Shown here piece after piece: positions 18,026 to 26,825 of a stretch of DNA of 51,121 bases. The position numbers were made by a program, and so were the translations under genes. The notes under the pieces are model-generated. The model saw only the letters and a program-made list of their open reading frames with translations, had not been told where the DNA came from and searched no databases. Within the stretch, counting starts at the first letter, position 1; every line of letters begins with the position of its first letter. The stretch covers positions 1 through 51,121 of the forward strand of contig JAUSBS010000001.1 in the NCBI GenBank assembly GCA_030651905.1, written 5' to 3'. The stretch comes from Coriobacteriia bacterium. Its GTDB lineage: Bacteria > Actinomycetota > Coriobacteriia > Anaerosomatales > PALSA-660.

Positions 18026-19576
18026 CTACTCTTCCTCGTAGATTCGCGGGAAGAGGGCGTCTCCCTTCACGACAAGACTGCCCGCCGGCAGCTTGCCCCA
18101 GACGCTCTCGGCGGCGATGTCCGTGACGGAGCACGGGTCGCCGATGCCCAGCCGACGCCAGACCTCCGCCGATGTGTTCGGCATGACCGGCGCCGTGAAC
18201 AGCGCCGCGATGCGGACCGACTCGAGCGCGTCGTACAGGACCGCGAGCAGGCGCGGCCGCGTCTCGTCCGACTTCGCGAGGTTCCACGGAGCGGCGTCCT
18301 CGATGTAGCGGTTGGCGCGCTTGATGAGCATCCACGCCGCCTCCAAAGCCCCCACGTAGTCGAGGCGGGCCATAGCGGCCTCGTACGTCGCCGGCAGCGC
18401 TTCCGCGATGCCGCGCAGCTCGAGATCGTCCGCGGTCGCATCGGCATCCGCCGGCGGCTCGGGGACGACGCCGTCGCAGTACTTCTCGGTCATGTTGAGC
18501 AGTCGGCTGACGAGGTTGCCCCAGTCGTTGGCCAGGTCCCCGTTGTAGCGCTGCACCATCCCCTCCATGGAGATGGAGCCGTCGGCGCCGAACGGGACGT
18601 CGCGGAGGAAGTAGTGGCGGTAGGCGTCCACGCCGAACCTCGCGACGAGGTCGGCCGGGGCCACCGCGTTGCCCTTCGACTTGCTCATCTTCTCGCCCTT
18701 GGTGAGCAGGAAGCCGTGAGCGAAGACGGTCTCGGGCAGCGGCAGTCCGGCCGCCATCAGCATCGCGGGCCAGATCGCGCAGTGGAACCGGATGATGTCC
18801 TTGCCGACGAACTGGTACTGCGCCGGCCAGCGCTTCGCGAACTCCTCGGCACGATCGGGATCACCGTAGCCGATCGCCGTGATGTAGTTGAGCAGCGCAT
18901 CGAACCACACGTACATCACGTGCTCGTCGTCGAACGGCAGTGGGATGCCCCAGGTGAAGGTCGTCCGGGACACCGAGAGATCCTTCAGACCTCCCGAGAC
19001 GAAACTGACTACCTCGTTGCGCCGCGTCTCGGGCTGTATGAACTCCGGGTGCGCCTCGTAGTGCGCGAGCAGACGGTCCTGATAGGCCGAAAGACGGAAG
19101 AACCAGTTGTCCTCGCGGATGAACTGAACGTCCCGCCCGCAGCCGGGGCACTTCCCGTCTGCGAGTTGCTCCTCGGTGTAGAACGTCTCGTCCGGTACGC
19201 AGTACCAGCCCTCGTAGTGGCCCTGGTAGAGGTCGCCGCTGTCCTTGAGGACTTGCAGGAACGCCTGCGCTCCGCGGACATGGCGCCCCTCGGTGGTCCG
19301 GATGAAGTCGTCGTATGTGATGTCGAGCATCTTCCACGCCTCGACGAACTTCGGTGCGATCGTGTCGACCCACGCCTGCGGCTCCGTCCCGTTCTCGGCG
19401 GCGGCCTGGGCGACCTTCTGCCCATGCTCGTCCAGACCGGTCAGGAAGTGGACGTCGTGACCGGTCATCCGCCGGTATCGGGCGAGCGCATCGGCGGCGA
19501 TCGTCGTGTAAGCCGTACCGAGGTGAGGTACCGAGTTCACATAGTAGATGGGGGTCGTGAGGTAGAAGGATTTCAT
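18026..19576 (-). CDS. metG: Methionine--tRNA ligase (short form)
   Basis: TTPIYY, HLG, TGLDEHGQK, YVWFDAL and KMSKS motifs. Confidence 0.97.
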   Translation of the reverse strand: MKSFYLTTPIYYVNSVPHLGTAYTTIAADALARYRRMTGHDVHFLTGLDEHGQKVAQAAAENGTEPQAWVDTIAPKFVEAWKMLDITYDDFIRTTEGRHVRGAQAFLQVLKDSGDLYQGHYEGWYCVPDETFYTEEQLADGKCPGCGRDVQFIREDNWFFRLSAYQDRLLAHYEAHPEFIQPETRRNEVVSFVSGGLKDLSVSRTTFTWGIPLPFDDEHVMYVWFDALLNYITAIGYGDPDRAEEFAKRWPAQYQFVGKDIIRFHCAIWPAMLMAAGLPLPETVFAHGFLLTKGEKMSKSKGNAVAPADLVARFGVDAYRHYFLRDVPFGADGSISMEGMVQRYNGDLANDWGNLVSRLLNMTEKYCDGVVPEPPADADATADDLELRGIAEALPATYEAAMARLDYVGALEAAWMLIKRANRYIEDAAPWNLAKSDETRPRLLAVLYDALESVRIAALFTAPVMPNTSAEVWRRLGIGDPCSVTDIAAESVWGKLPAGSLVVKGDALFPRIYEEE

Positions 19577-19718
19577 GAACATAGGTGAATTCGTCCCTGC
19601 TTTGGGTAATACTGGCACGAGAGTAGAGCCTGGGGGGAGGCTCGGAGCGTTCCGTAGCGACCTCCCCCGTATCCTTCACCAGCACGTGTGTGCAGTCAAA
19701 TGAAGGGACCGCGAGAAG

Positions 19719-19961
19719 ATGAGCGACACGGGGATCGTACGCAGAGTCGATGACCTCGGACGGATAGTGCTTCCCATGGAGCTGCGGCGGACACTGGGGA
19801 TCAACGTGCGGGACCCGATGTCCATCTCGGTCGACGGCGAGCGCATCGTCGTCGCGAAACACCACGACTCATGCGTGGTGTGCGGAGCTCTCGAGGACAT
19901 CATGCGGGTCAAGGAGCGGGCGATCTGTCGCAACTGCGTGGCTGCGGTGCAGCGCCTCTAG
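19719..19961 (+). CDS. abrB: AbrB family transition-state regulator with C-terminal CxxC...CxxC
   Basis: TGIVRRVDDLGRIVLPMELRRTL; positioned between rsmI and metG on the opposite strand, as in Bacillus. Confidence 0.9.
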   Translation: MSDTGIVRRVDDLGRIVLPMELRRTLGINVRDPMSISVDGERIVVAKHHDSCVVCGALEDIMRVKERAICRNCVAAVQRL

Positions 19962-19968
19962 CGCCCCG

Positions 19969-20835
19969 TCAGTCGCGCACGGAGATCCCGTACGCGACGT
20001 TGCGCGGCACGCCGAGTTCCCGGGCCGCCTGCTTGACCGCGTCCTTGCGGGTGACCCCGTCCGCGACCAGCTCGGCGATACGCGCCGCCACCGCGCCTTC
20101 ATCGATCTCGGCCGCCCTGCCGTCAGGCGGCCCGACGAGCAAGACGACCTCTCCCTTGAGCTCCCGCCCCGCGAGCGCGCGAGCGAGCTCCTCCACGGGC
20201 GCGCGAGCGACCTCCTCGTAGAGCTTCGTGAGTTCCCGCGCCATGGCGGCGCGCCTGCCGGGAAACGCCTCCGCGAGTGAAGCGACGGTCGCGGCTGTTC
20301 GGGCAGGCGCCTCGTAGAAGACGAGCGTCGCGTCGAGCGCGGCGAGCTTCTCGAGCGCGCGCCGACGGTCTCCCGCCTTGCGCGGGAGGAAGCCGCCGAA
20401 GTAGAACGCGTGCGTCGGCAGTCCGCTCGCGACGAGCGCGGTCACGATCGCCGAAGGACCCGGCAGCACATCGACGGGAAGCCCCTCCTCGAGACAGGCA
20501 TCGACCAGGCGGGCCCCCGGGTCCGAGATCCCCGGCGTCCCGGCGTCGGACACGAGCGCCACTGATGCGCCCGCCCGCACACGTGCGACGACCTCCGGGG
20601 TCCGACGCTCCAGGTTCTTCGCGTGGTAGGACTCCAGCGGGGTGGAGATGCTGAACCGCGTGAGCAGCTTGCGGGTCACGCGCGTGTCCTCGGCCTCGAT
20701 GACGTCTGCGTCGCGGAGCGCGTCGAGCACTCGGGAGGTCACGTCGCCGAGATTGCCGATCGGTGTCGCGCAGACGAGCAGGCGGCCCGGCGCGCGGACC
20801 GCCTGCTCGGCGTCGGATGAGGTGCGACCCGCCAC
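19969..20835 (-). CDS. rsmI: 16S rRNA (C1402) 2'-O-methyltransferase
   Basis: ATPIGNL, EDTR, SDAGTPGISDPG and RELTKLYEE motifs. Confidence 0.96.
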   Translation of the reverse strand: MAGRTSSDAEQAVRAPGRLLVCATPIGNLGDVTSRVLDALRDADVIEAEDTRVTRKLLTRFSISTPLESYHAKNLERRTPEVVARVRAGASVALVSDAGTPGISDPGARLVDACLEEGLPVDVLPGPSAIVTALVASGLPTHAFYFGGFLPRKAGDRRRALEKLAALDATLVFYEAPARTAATVASLAEAFPGRRAAMARELTKLYEEVARAPVEELARALAGRELKGEVVLLVGPPDGRAAEIDEGAVAARIAELVADGVTRKDAVKQAARELGVPRNVAYGISVRD

Positions 20836-22014
20836 CTACGCCCCTTCGGGCGGAGGCGGCGGCATCAAGCTCTCCTGGGGAGCGTCGGGCCCGGCGACGG
20901 ATGTGGCGGGCGGCACGACGGGTGGTACGTCGTTCGCAGCCTGCCACGGGTCGACGGCGGGGGGTGCCGGCTCGACGGGAGGTGTGTACTCGGCTGCCGG
21001 CGGCTCAGGGAAGCCGGTGCCCGGCGGTGCGGGCGGTGCGGGCGGGAAGCCTCCACCGTAGGCCGGTGTGAGCACCGCTGCCGGACCCTGCTCCCGGCCG
21101 GTCATCCGGCGGAAGAAGATCGTCCAGGCACTCCCCGAGAAGGCGCCGTAGACCGCGGCGGGCAGCATGGCTACCAACCCGGCGACCATGCTGACGGCAG
21201 CGACGCCGATGAAGTTGCCGGCGATCGCCATGACGATGATCGGGACGATGAAGATCATGAGCATGACGGTCAGCACGACGCTGTAGACCATCGAGGTCAC
21301 CCACATCACGAAGAACATGCCGATGGCGCCGCGCTTGGCCCACACGTCCGACCAGCCCTGCTTGAGCGACTCGATCGCGGTCCGCTCTTCGAGTACCGCG
21401 TAGCGAATCGCCAACTGGTTGACCGTGCCGAAGACGATCGAGTAGGCGAAGACGGTCACGAACAGGAAGACGAGCCCGCAGCAGAATCCGCCGATGCCCC
21501 CCGCAAGGCCGGAGGCCTGAGTCAGGGACGACGTGTCACCGCCGGCCGTCGCCGCGACGATCCCGAAGATCGACGCGCCGAAGATGACGAGGAAGAGCAC
21601 GAGGATGACGATCATCGGCAGACCGATCAGGAAGTTGAGGAGGAAGACCCGCCCCCAGTGCGCGAATCCGACGCGCCAGCCGTCGGCGGCCTTCACCGCG
21701 CGCTTCTCTTCGGCCTCGTTGACCAGGAACGCGAGTCCGCCTTGCGCGGCGTACGTCAGGACGAAGAACACGATGCCGATCAGGACCAGGAACGCACCGA
21801 CCGCGATGATGAGCGGCAAGTAGTTCTGCAGCTGATCGAGGAACTGCTGGCTGGCGGCGTTGCCCGAGCCGCTGTTGCCACTACCGCTGTTCCAGTTCGA
21901 GCTGGAGTTCCCGCCGCCGGCGCCGCCGGCGCCCGCGAACAGGCCGAACAGCCACAGGATCTTGTAGCGCCAGGTCGTGCCCCATGCGCGCTTGACGATA
22001 TCGAGGTAGTTCAC
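20836..22014 (-). CDS. Polytopic membrane protein with Pro-rich C-terminal tail
   Basis: Six to seven hydrophobic segments, a Gly/Ser/Asn loop, GTG start after GGAGG. Confidence 0.75.
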   Translation of the reverse strand: MNYLDIVKRAWGTTWRYKILWLFGLFAGAGGAGGGNSSSNWNSGSGNSGSGNAASQQFLDQLQNYLPLIIAVGAFLVLIGIVFFVLTYAAQGGLAFLVNEAEEKRAVKAADGWRVGFAHWGRVFLLNFLIGLPMIVILVLFLVIFGASIFGIVAATAGGDTSSLTQASGLAGGIGGFCCGLVFLFVTVFAYSIVFGTVNQLAIRYAVLEERTAIESLKQGWSDVWAKRGAIGMFFVMWVTSMVYSVVLTVMLMIFIVPIIVMAIAGNFIGVAAVSMVAGLVAMLPAAVYGAFSGSAWTIFFRRMTGREQGPAAVLTPAYGGGFPPAPPAPPGTGFPEPPAAEYTPPVEPAPPAVDPWQAANDVPPVVPPATSVAGPDAPQESLMPPPPPEGA

Positions 22015-22070
22015 GCAACTCCTCCGCTCCCTTGGCATCGCTGTCATGGCGACGCGCGGCTCCCTTGAGG

Positions 22071-23183
22071 CTACTCCATCCGCACGAGCTCGTACGCTCG
22101 TGTTCCCAGTCCCATCACTTCCGCATACGCCATCGCGGACGTGCCGTCCACTCCGGTGATGACCGTGAACTTGTCGCTTCCCGCCGCCATGCCTTCACCA
22201 AGAGAGCCCGGAAGACCCGCGGCGGCGGTCACGAGGTCATAGGCCGCCTGGTCGATGGCCACGGGATCGGTGGACGCGAGGACGCCGATGTCCCCGACGA
22301 TGGGCGCGTCCGAGAAGCTCCAGCAATCGCAGTCGGGCGAGACCGCGGTCACGAAGGACAGGTAGACGACCTTGCCCTCCTTGCCGGCCACAGCCCCCGC
22401 GACATGCTCGACGATCTTCTCCTGGATGGCCTCGGGTGTCGTCTTCCACTGCGTCGCGATCGCTCCGTACGGGCAGCTCGCGACACATTCCCCGCATCCG
22501 TAGCAGACGCTGAAGTCGACCTCGGCCACGCGGTCGGGGTTGATGACGATGGCGGCGACGGGGCACCACTTCACACATCTCGCGCACGCGGTGCACTTCT
22601 CAGTGGTGACCTCGGGGCGGAAGTCGGAGTGCATGCGTTGCTTCGCCGAGCGGCATCCGAGCCCCATGCCCACGTTCTTGAGCGCGCCACCGAAACCCGT
22701 CGCCTCGTGGCCCTTCACGTGCGTCACGACGACCATGGCGTCCGCATGGACGGCGGCCGCCCCGATCCGGACGGTCTGGAAGTGCCTCCCGCCCTCGATG
22801 GGGACGTCGACAGCGTCGCGACCGTCGATGCCGTCCGCGATCACGATGGGCGCGTCGACCGTCGCGAAGCTGAATCCGTTGTGGACGGCGCAGGCGAGGT
22901 GGTCGACGGCGTTGGCGCGCTGGCCTCGATACAGGGTGTTCGCGTCGGTCAGGAACGGCTTGCCGCCGTGCGACTTCACGCGCGCGACGACCTCGCGGAG
23001 GAAGACCGGATGGACGAACCCTGTGTTGCCCTGTTCGCCGAAGTGGAGCTTCACCGCCACGAGATCGCCTTCGGCGACCGCATCGCGCAGACCGGCGCGC
23101 TCGAGCAACTGCCCTGCGCGCGCGACCATCGAGATCTTCTTCGGAGAACGGACGGGGGCGAAGTGGACCTTCGGCGCGCTCAC
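22071..23183 (-). CDS. DUF362 domain protein with 2x[4Fe-4S] ferredoxin
   Basis: KLHFGE, HVKGH, GGALKN.GMG, two CxxCxxCxxxCP motifs, PDCDC and DPVAID. Confidence 0.9.
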   Translation of the reverse strand: MSAPKVHFAPVRSPKKISMVARAGQLLERAGLRDAVAEGDLVAVKLHFGEQGNTGFVHPVFLREVVARVKSHGGKPFLTDANTLYRGQRANAVDHLACAVHNGFSFATVDAPIVIADGIDGRDAVDVPIEGGRHFQTVRIGAAAVHADAMVVVTHVKGHEATGFGGALKNVGMGLGCRSAKQRMHSDFRPEVTTEKCTACARCVKWCPVAAIVINPDRVAEVDFSVCYGCGECVASCPYGAIATQWKTTPEAIQEKIVEHVAGAVAGKEGKVVYLSFVTAVSPDCDCWSFSDAPIVGDIGVLASTDPVAIDQAAYDLVTAAAGLPGSLGEGMAAGSDKFTVITGVDGTSAMAYAEVMGLGTRAYELVRME

Positions 23184-24154
23184 CTGTGCAGCCCCTCCCG
23201 GGAGTCGTGCTCGTCGAACGCGAGCGCCGCGGCGCCCACGACACCGGCGTCGTTGCCGAGTTCGGCGGGAACCACATGAACGTCCCTGCGTCCCGCCAGC
23301 GCCTCGGACGAGATCGCCTGGGTAGCCCGCTCGATGATGAGCGGACAGGTCTCACCGATGCCGCCGCCGATCACGACCAACTGGGGGTTGAGCAGGTTGA
23401 CGAGTCCCACGAGCGCCTCGCCGAGCACGTGCCCGACACGCCCCATGATCTCCGCTGCGGCCTCGTCTCCGGCGTTCGCAGCCTCGATCACGAGCTCGGC
23501 GGTGATGAGTCCGGGGTCGTCGCCCGCTCGGCGCAGTATGCCGGAGCCTCTGTACGTCTCGGCGGCCGCCCTTCCCTCGCGGATGATGGCGGGCCGTGCC
23601 ACGAAGGCCTCGAGGTGGCCCTTGCCACCGCACGGGCAATCGGGACCGTCGAGATCGACGACCATGTGGCCGATCTCGCCGCCGAGTCCGCGGTGGCCGC
23701 GGTACAGCTCTCCCGCGATGAACACACCGCCGCCTACACCGGTGCCGACCGTGACCATGAGGAAGTCGCGGGCGCCCTTGGCGGCGCCGAAACGGGACTC
23801 CCCGAGAGCGGCCGTGTGGCCGTCGTTGTCTATGGCGACCGAGTGCTTCGTACGCGACATGACCAGACCGCGCATGTCCACGCCGCCCAGTGGGAGGTTC
23901 GTGCAGAACTCGACCGTCTGCCGTCCGAAGTCGATCTGCGCCGGGAGGCCGATGCCGATCCCGGCTATCTCGGAGGCGTGGACGCCCGTGGCGACCTCAC
24001 CGATCGCGTCGATGATCGCGTCGACGACACCGAAGGGGCCGCCCTTCGGCGTGGAGGTCCGCATCTCTTTGACGATGCGCCCTTTTCGCTCGACGAGCCC
24101 TGCCGCGATCCGGGTGCCGCCGACATCGAGGCCGATGGCGTAGCTGGCGCGCAT
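23180..24154 (-). CDS. ROK family sugar kinase (glucokinase-like)
   Basis: GLDVGGT, DND, GTGVGGG, GEIGH and CPCG..GHLE motifs; no N-terminal HTH. Confidence 0.92.
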   Translation of the reverse strand: MRASYAIGLDVGGTRIAAGLVERKGRIVKEMRTSTPKGGPFGVVDAIIDAIGEVATGVHASEIAGIGIGLPAQIDFGRQTVEFCTNLPLGGVDMRGLVMSRTKHSVAIDNDGHTAALGESRFGAAKGARDFLMVTVGTGVGGGVFIAGELYRGHRGLGGEIGHMVVDLDGPDCPCGGKGHLEAFVARPAIIREGRAAAETYRGSGILRRAGDDPGLITAELVIEAANAGDEAAAEIMGRVGHVLGEALVGLVNLLNPQLVVIGGGIGETCPLIIERATQAISSEALAGRRDVHVVPAELGNDAGVVGAAALAFDEHDSREGLHR

Positions 24155-24258
24155 GTACCCCCCGATCCTTCTCACATGGGATGCCGTCCGCCCATGCAGA
24201 GCGGGCCCGGCTACAGATGATACGCCTGCCGCCCAGGGCATGCGGGCGCGTGTGCGCG

Positions 24259-24753
24259 TCAGTAGTCCCAGACGACTCCGCGCGCCTTCATGAGTCCCAG
24301 GTCGCGCATCTTGGCCATCATGTCGCTCTCCGAGACGGCGAAGAGGCGGGCCAGATACCGGTAGTCGTTGAACCACTTCGCGGCCTGTTCGCGGACCATG
24401 TACTCCGGCATGACGAACTCCTCGGCCATCGTGTCCGCGAGCCGGTGATCGCCGGTCGTGTCCCGAGGGTAGGGAGTAGCAGGGTCGTCGATCCTCACGA
24501 GGATGTGCGAGAGCATGTGCGCGAGGGCGTCCCGGCGGCTCTCGGGGGTACTCGAACCGTTGAGCAGGATGACCGGAACACCACCTTCGGAGACGATCGC
24601 ACCGGTGAACCACGCCGGGAAGGCCACGGTCATCGTGGGCACGCCGAGGATGGCCGCAGCGTCGTCGACCGACACAGGCGGCTCGATGGCGCCGGCGCGC
24701 CGGAGTTGGGCCTCTACGAGTCCCTTGTAGTGGGCATCCGACGTGAGTGGCAC
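24259..24753 (-). CDS. ImmA/IrrE-like protein with degenerate HExxH (HMLSH); start uncertain
   Basis: PPV.VD..A..LG, ILLN, R..LAH.L.H, A..FVMP and LA.LFAVS family pattern. Confidence 0.8.
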   Translation of the reverse strand: MPLTSDAHYKGLVEAQLRRAGAIEPPVSVDDAAAILGVPTMTVAFPAWFTGAIVSEGGVPVILLNGSSTPESRRDALAHMLSHILVRIDDPATPYPRDTTGDHRLADTMAEEFVMPEYMVREQAAKWFNDYRYLARLFAVSESDMMAKMRDLGLMKARGVVWDY

Positions 24754-24830
24754 GAAGAGAAGCGACCCTCCAAAGGAGAAGCGACGCACAATTGCATCGT
24801 CTCATGTATCGGCATTGCGGATAATGTAGT

Positions 24831-24856
24831 AACAGTCCGCCTACAACAGTCCGCCT
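24831..24856 (+). repeat. 12-bp direct repeat AACAGTCCGCCT x2
   Basis: Copies at 24831-24842 and 24845-24856 in a divergent intergenic region. Confidence 0.85.
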
Positions 24857-24905
24857 GCGGCGGGCGATGCCGATACCTCTCGTATAGGTCCTTCCGGGAA
24901 GGCGA

Positions 24906-26825
24906 ATGATGAGCGGGCAGGTGCAGCTTCGCGCTGAGGAGGTCGTCCGTGCGCTCGCGGCCGCAGCGGCGGCCGTGCGCCTGTACCCGCCCACCAGCGA
25001 GATCCCCGCCCAGACCGTCCAGAGGTTCGTCCAAGTGAGCGAGGCCGTCACGCTCGCAGCTCGCGGACCGGTCCGGTTCGTCGTCGAGCCGAAAGCCTTC
25101 AAGCTCGGGGACCAGATCGTCGCCGAAGGACAGGCGCAAGTCACCGGACTCGCCGAGATGCTCTACGCGCACCAGGTCGGCCAGCTCATCGTCGCGCCGG
25201 GACTCACGGCGGACGAGACGAACGCGTTCCTGCGCTGCGCCGGCTCGGACGCCTCGGCGGTGCGTGAGGAGGGTGGCCTGCGCGCCGTCATCGTCCAGGC
25301 CGGAGTCTCGCAGCTCGCGGTCATCGAGGTCACGCTGCGCGCATCCACCGACGAGGGCCTCGCCGGGCTCGACCTCACGTCCGCGCCGCTCGACGCGATC
25401 GGCCCTGCGGTACTCCGCTCGGCCGCATCATGGGCCCGCTCCGCAGCGTCCGGCGAAGGGCGGGACGAGATCGGCGAAGTCATCAACGGCCTCGAATCGG
25501 CCGCTCGGGAACTTGCCGCCGAGCGCGTCGCCGCCGCTCTGCTCCAGCTCGACGAGGCCACGCGCGCCGCCGTTCTGGCGGCGGCTATCCGCCCTGACGC
25601 AGGCGGTCGCGTCATGGAGGGCGCGCTGTCGGTGATCGCGAACATGCGGCCGGCCACACTCGCCAGACTCATGACGCTCGCCGCCGCGCGCACTGGTGGC
25701 GACGCGGGCTCCATCATGTCGAAGCTGGAGCTGGGGCCCGAGGCCATGCGCGCTCTCGAGTTACTGCTCCGCCCCTCGCCCCGGACCGAGGCCGAGTCGG
25801 GAGTCCCCCCGGTGATCGATGCCTCGGCCATAGCGAGCGACGCGGTCGCCGAGACCGAGGACGACGACGAGGCCATGGCCATGGTGCTGGCGACCCGCGA
25901 CCCAGCGGGTGAGGCGGTGCGGGCGCTCGCCACGACGATGTGCATCCTGGACCGTGGGGCGACCGCCGAGTCCATCGAGTCGGTCGGCGAGGCGATGCCT
26001 CGAGCGGTGGCGGCCGGCGCGTTCCCGCTCGTCCGCACAGCCCTCGCGCAGCTCGACATCTTGACCGACCGTCCGGAGCTGCAGGACGCGGTGGAGCGCG
26101 CGCGACGGGCGTCCGCACAACCCGAAGCGCTCCTCGAGGGCCTGCTTGCGCTCAGCGATGCACCGAAGGCACGCGACGCGGCGGCCGTCGCCGCGGCAGC
26201 AGGAGTGGTCGGTGCCGAGGCCGTCGTCGAGGCCTGGCTGCTCTCCTCCGAGGCCAAGCGGCCCTTGCTGGTCGAGATCGGTCGCGCGATGCCCGAGCAG
26301 TTCATCGCGGCCACGGGGCGCCGGATCCGCGCGGGCGACCCCGTCGAGGTACGTGAACTCGCGGGGATGCTGGGCCGTCTCGGCGACCGTCGTTCGGTAT
26401 CGGTACTCTCCCTGGCGCTGGACCACCAGGCGCGCGAGGTCAGGCTCGCCGCGATAGCGGCACTCGAGACCATCGACGCGGAGGAGTCCTGGGCGGCGAT
26501 CATCAGCGCACTGACCCATCCCGATGAGACGACGGCGCGCGCCGCCCTCGAGACGATCCGAAGGACCGGAAGGCGTCGCGCGGTCCCTGCGATGCTCGCG
26601 GTACTGCAACTGCGGACATCGGGTACGAGGAATCACGACCTCAAGCGCGAAATCATAGAGGACGTGCGCACTATGGGCGCTACGGAGGCGATCCCCGTAC
26701 TCAAGCGGATAGCATCGAACCGGCTGACGTTCCGCCGCAAGCCGCGCGAGTTGCGCGACGCGGCACGCCGAGCAGTGACGGACCTGCAAGCGGCCGAGCA
26801 GGCCGACGGAGAGAAGGTGCGGTAA
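24906..26825 (+). CDS. HEAT-repeat protein with N-terminal 'LYP' domain
   Basis: Ala-rich helical protein; C-terminal HEAT/PBS-like repeats (LGRLGDRRSV..L...L, VRLAAIAAL, ALTHPDE.TARAAL). Confidence 0.8.
   Translation: MMSGQVQLRAEEVVRALAAAAAAVRLYPPTSEIPAQTVQRFVQVSEAVTLAARGPVRFVVEPKAFKLGDQIVAEGQAQVTGLAEMLYAHQVGQLIVAPGLTADETNAFLRCAGSDASAVREEGGLRAVIVQAGVSQLAVIEVTLRASTDEGLAGLDLTSAPLDAIGPAVLRSAASWARSAASGEGRDEIGEVINGLESAARELAAERVAAALLQLDEATRAAVLAAAIRPDAGGRVMEGALSVIANMRPATLARLMTLAAARTGGDAGSIMSKLELGPEAMRALELLLRPSPRTEAESGVPPVIDASAIASDAVAETEDDDEAMAMVLATRDPAGEAVRALATTMCILDRGATAESIESVGEAMPRAVAAGAFPLVRTALAQLDILTDRPELQDAVERARRASAQPEALLEGLLALSDAPKARDAAAVAAAAGVVGAEAVVEAWLLSSEAKRPLLVEIGRAMPEQFIAATGRRIRAGDPVEVRELAGMLGRLGDRRSVSVLSLALDHQAREVRLAAIAALETIDAEESWAAIISALTHPDETTARAALETIRRTGRRRAVPAMLAVLQLRTSGTRNHDLKREIIEDVRTMGATEAIPVLKRIASNRLTFRRKPRELRDAARRAVTDLQAAEQADGEKVR

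Noticed and set aside
17900-19588. 562-aa ORF antisense to metG
   Set aside because: Shadow of a clearly real gene, with no recognisable motifs.
24831-24856. Direct repeats here and at 16-167 as a CRISPR array
   Set aside because: Repeats are only 9-12 bp, lack regular spacers, and no cas genes are present.
23180-25144. 654-aa ROK ORF as a fusion protein
   Set aside because: The upstream extension overlaps the ImmA-like and HEAT genes; the ROK domain starts at the ATG at 24154.
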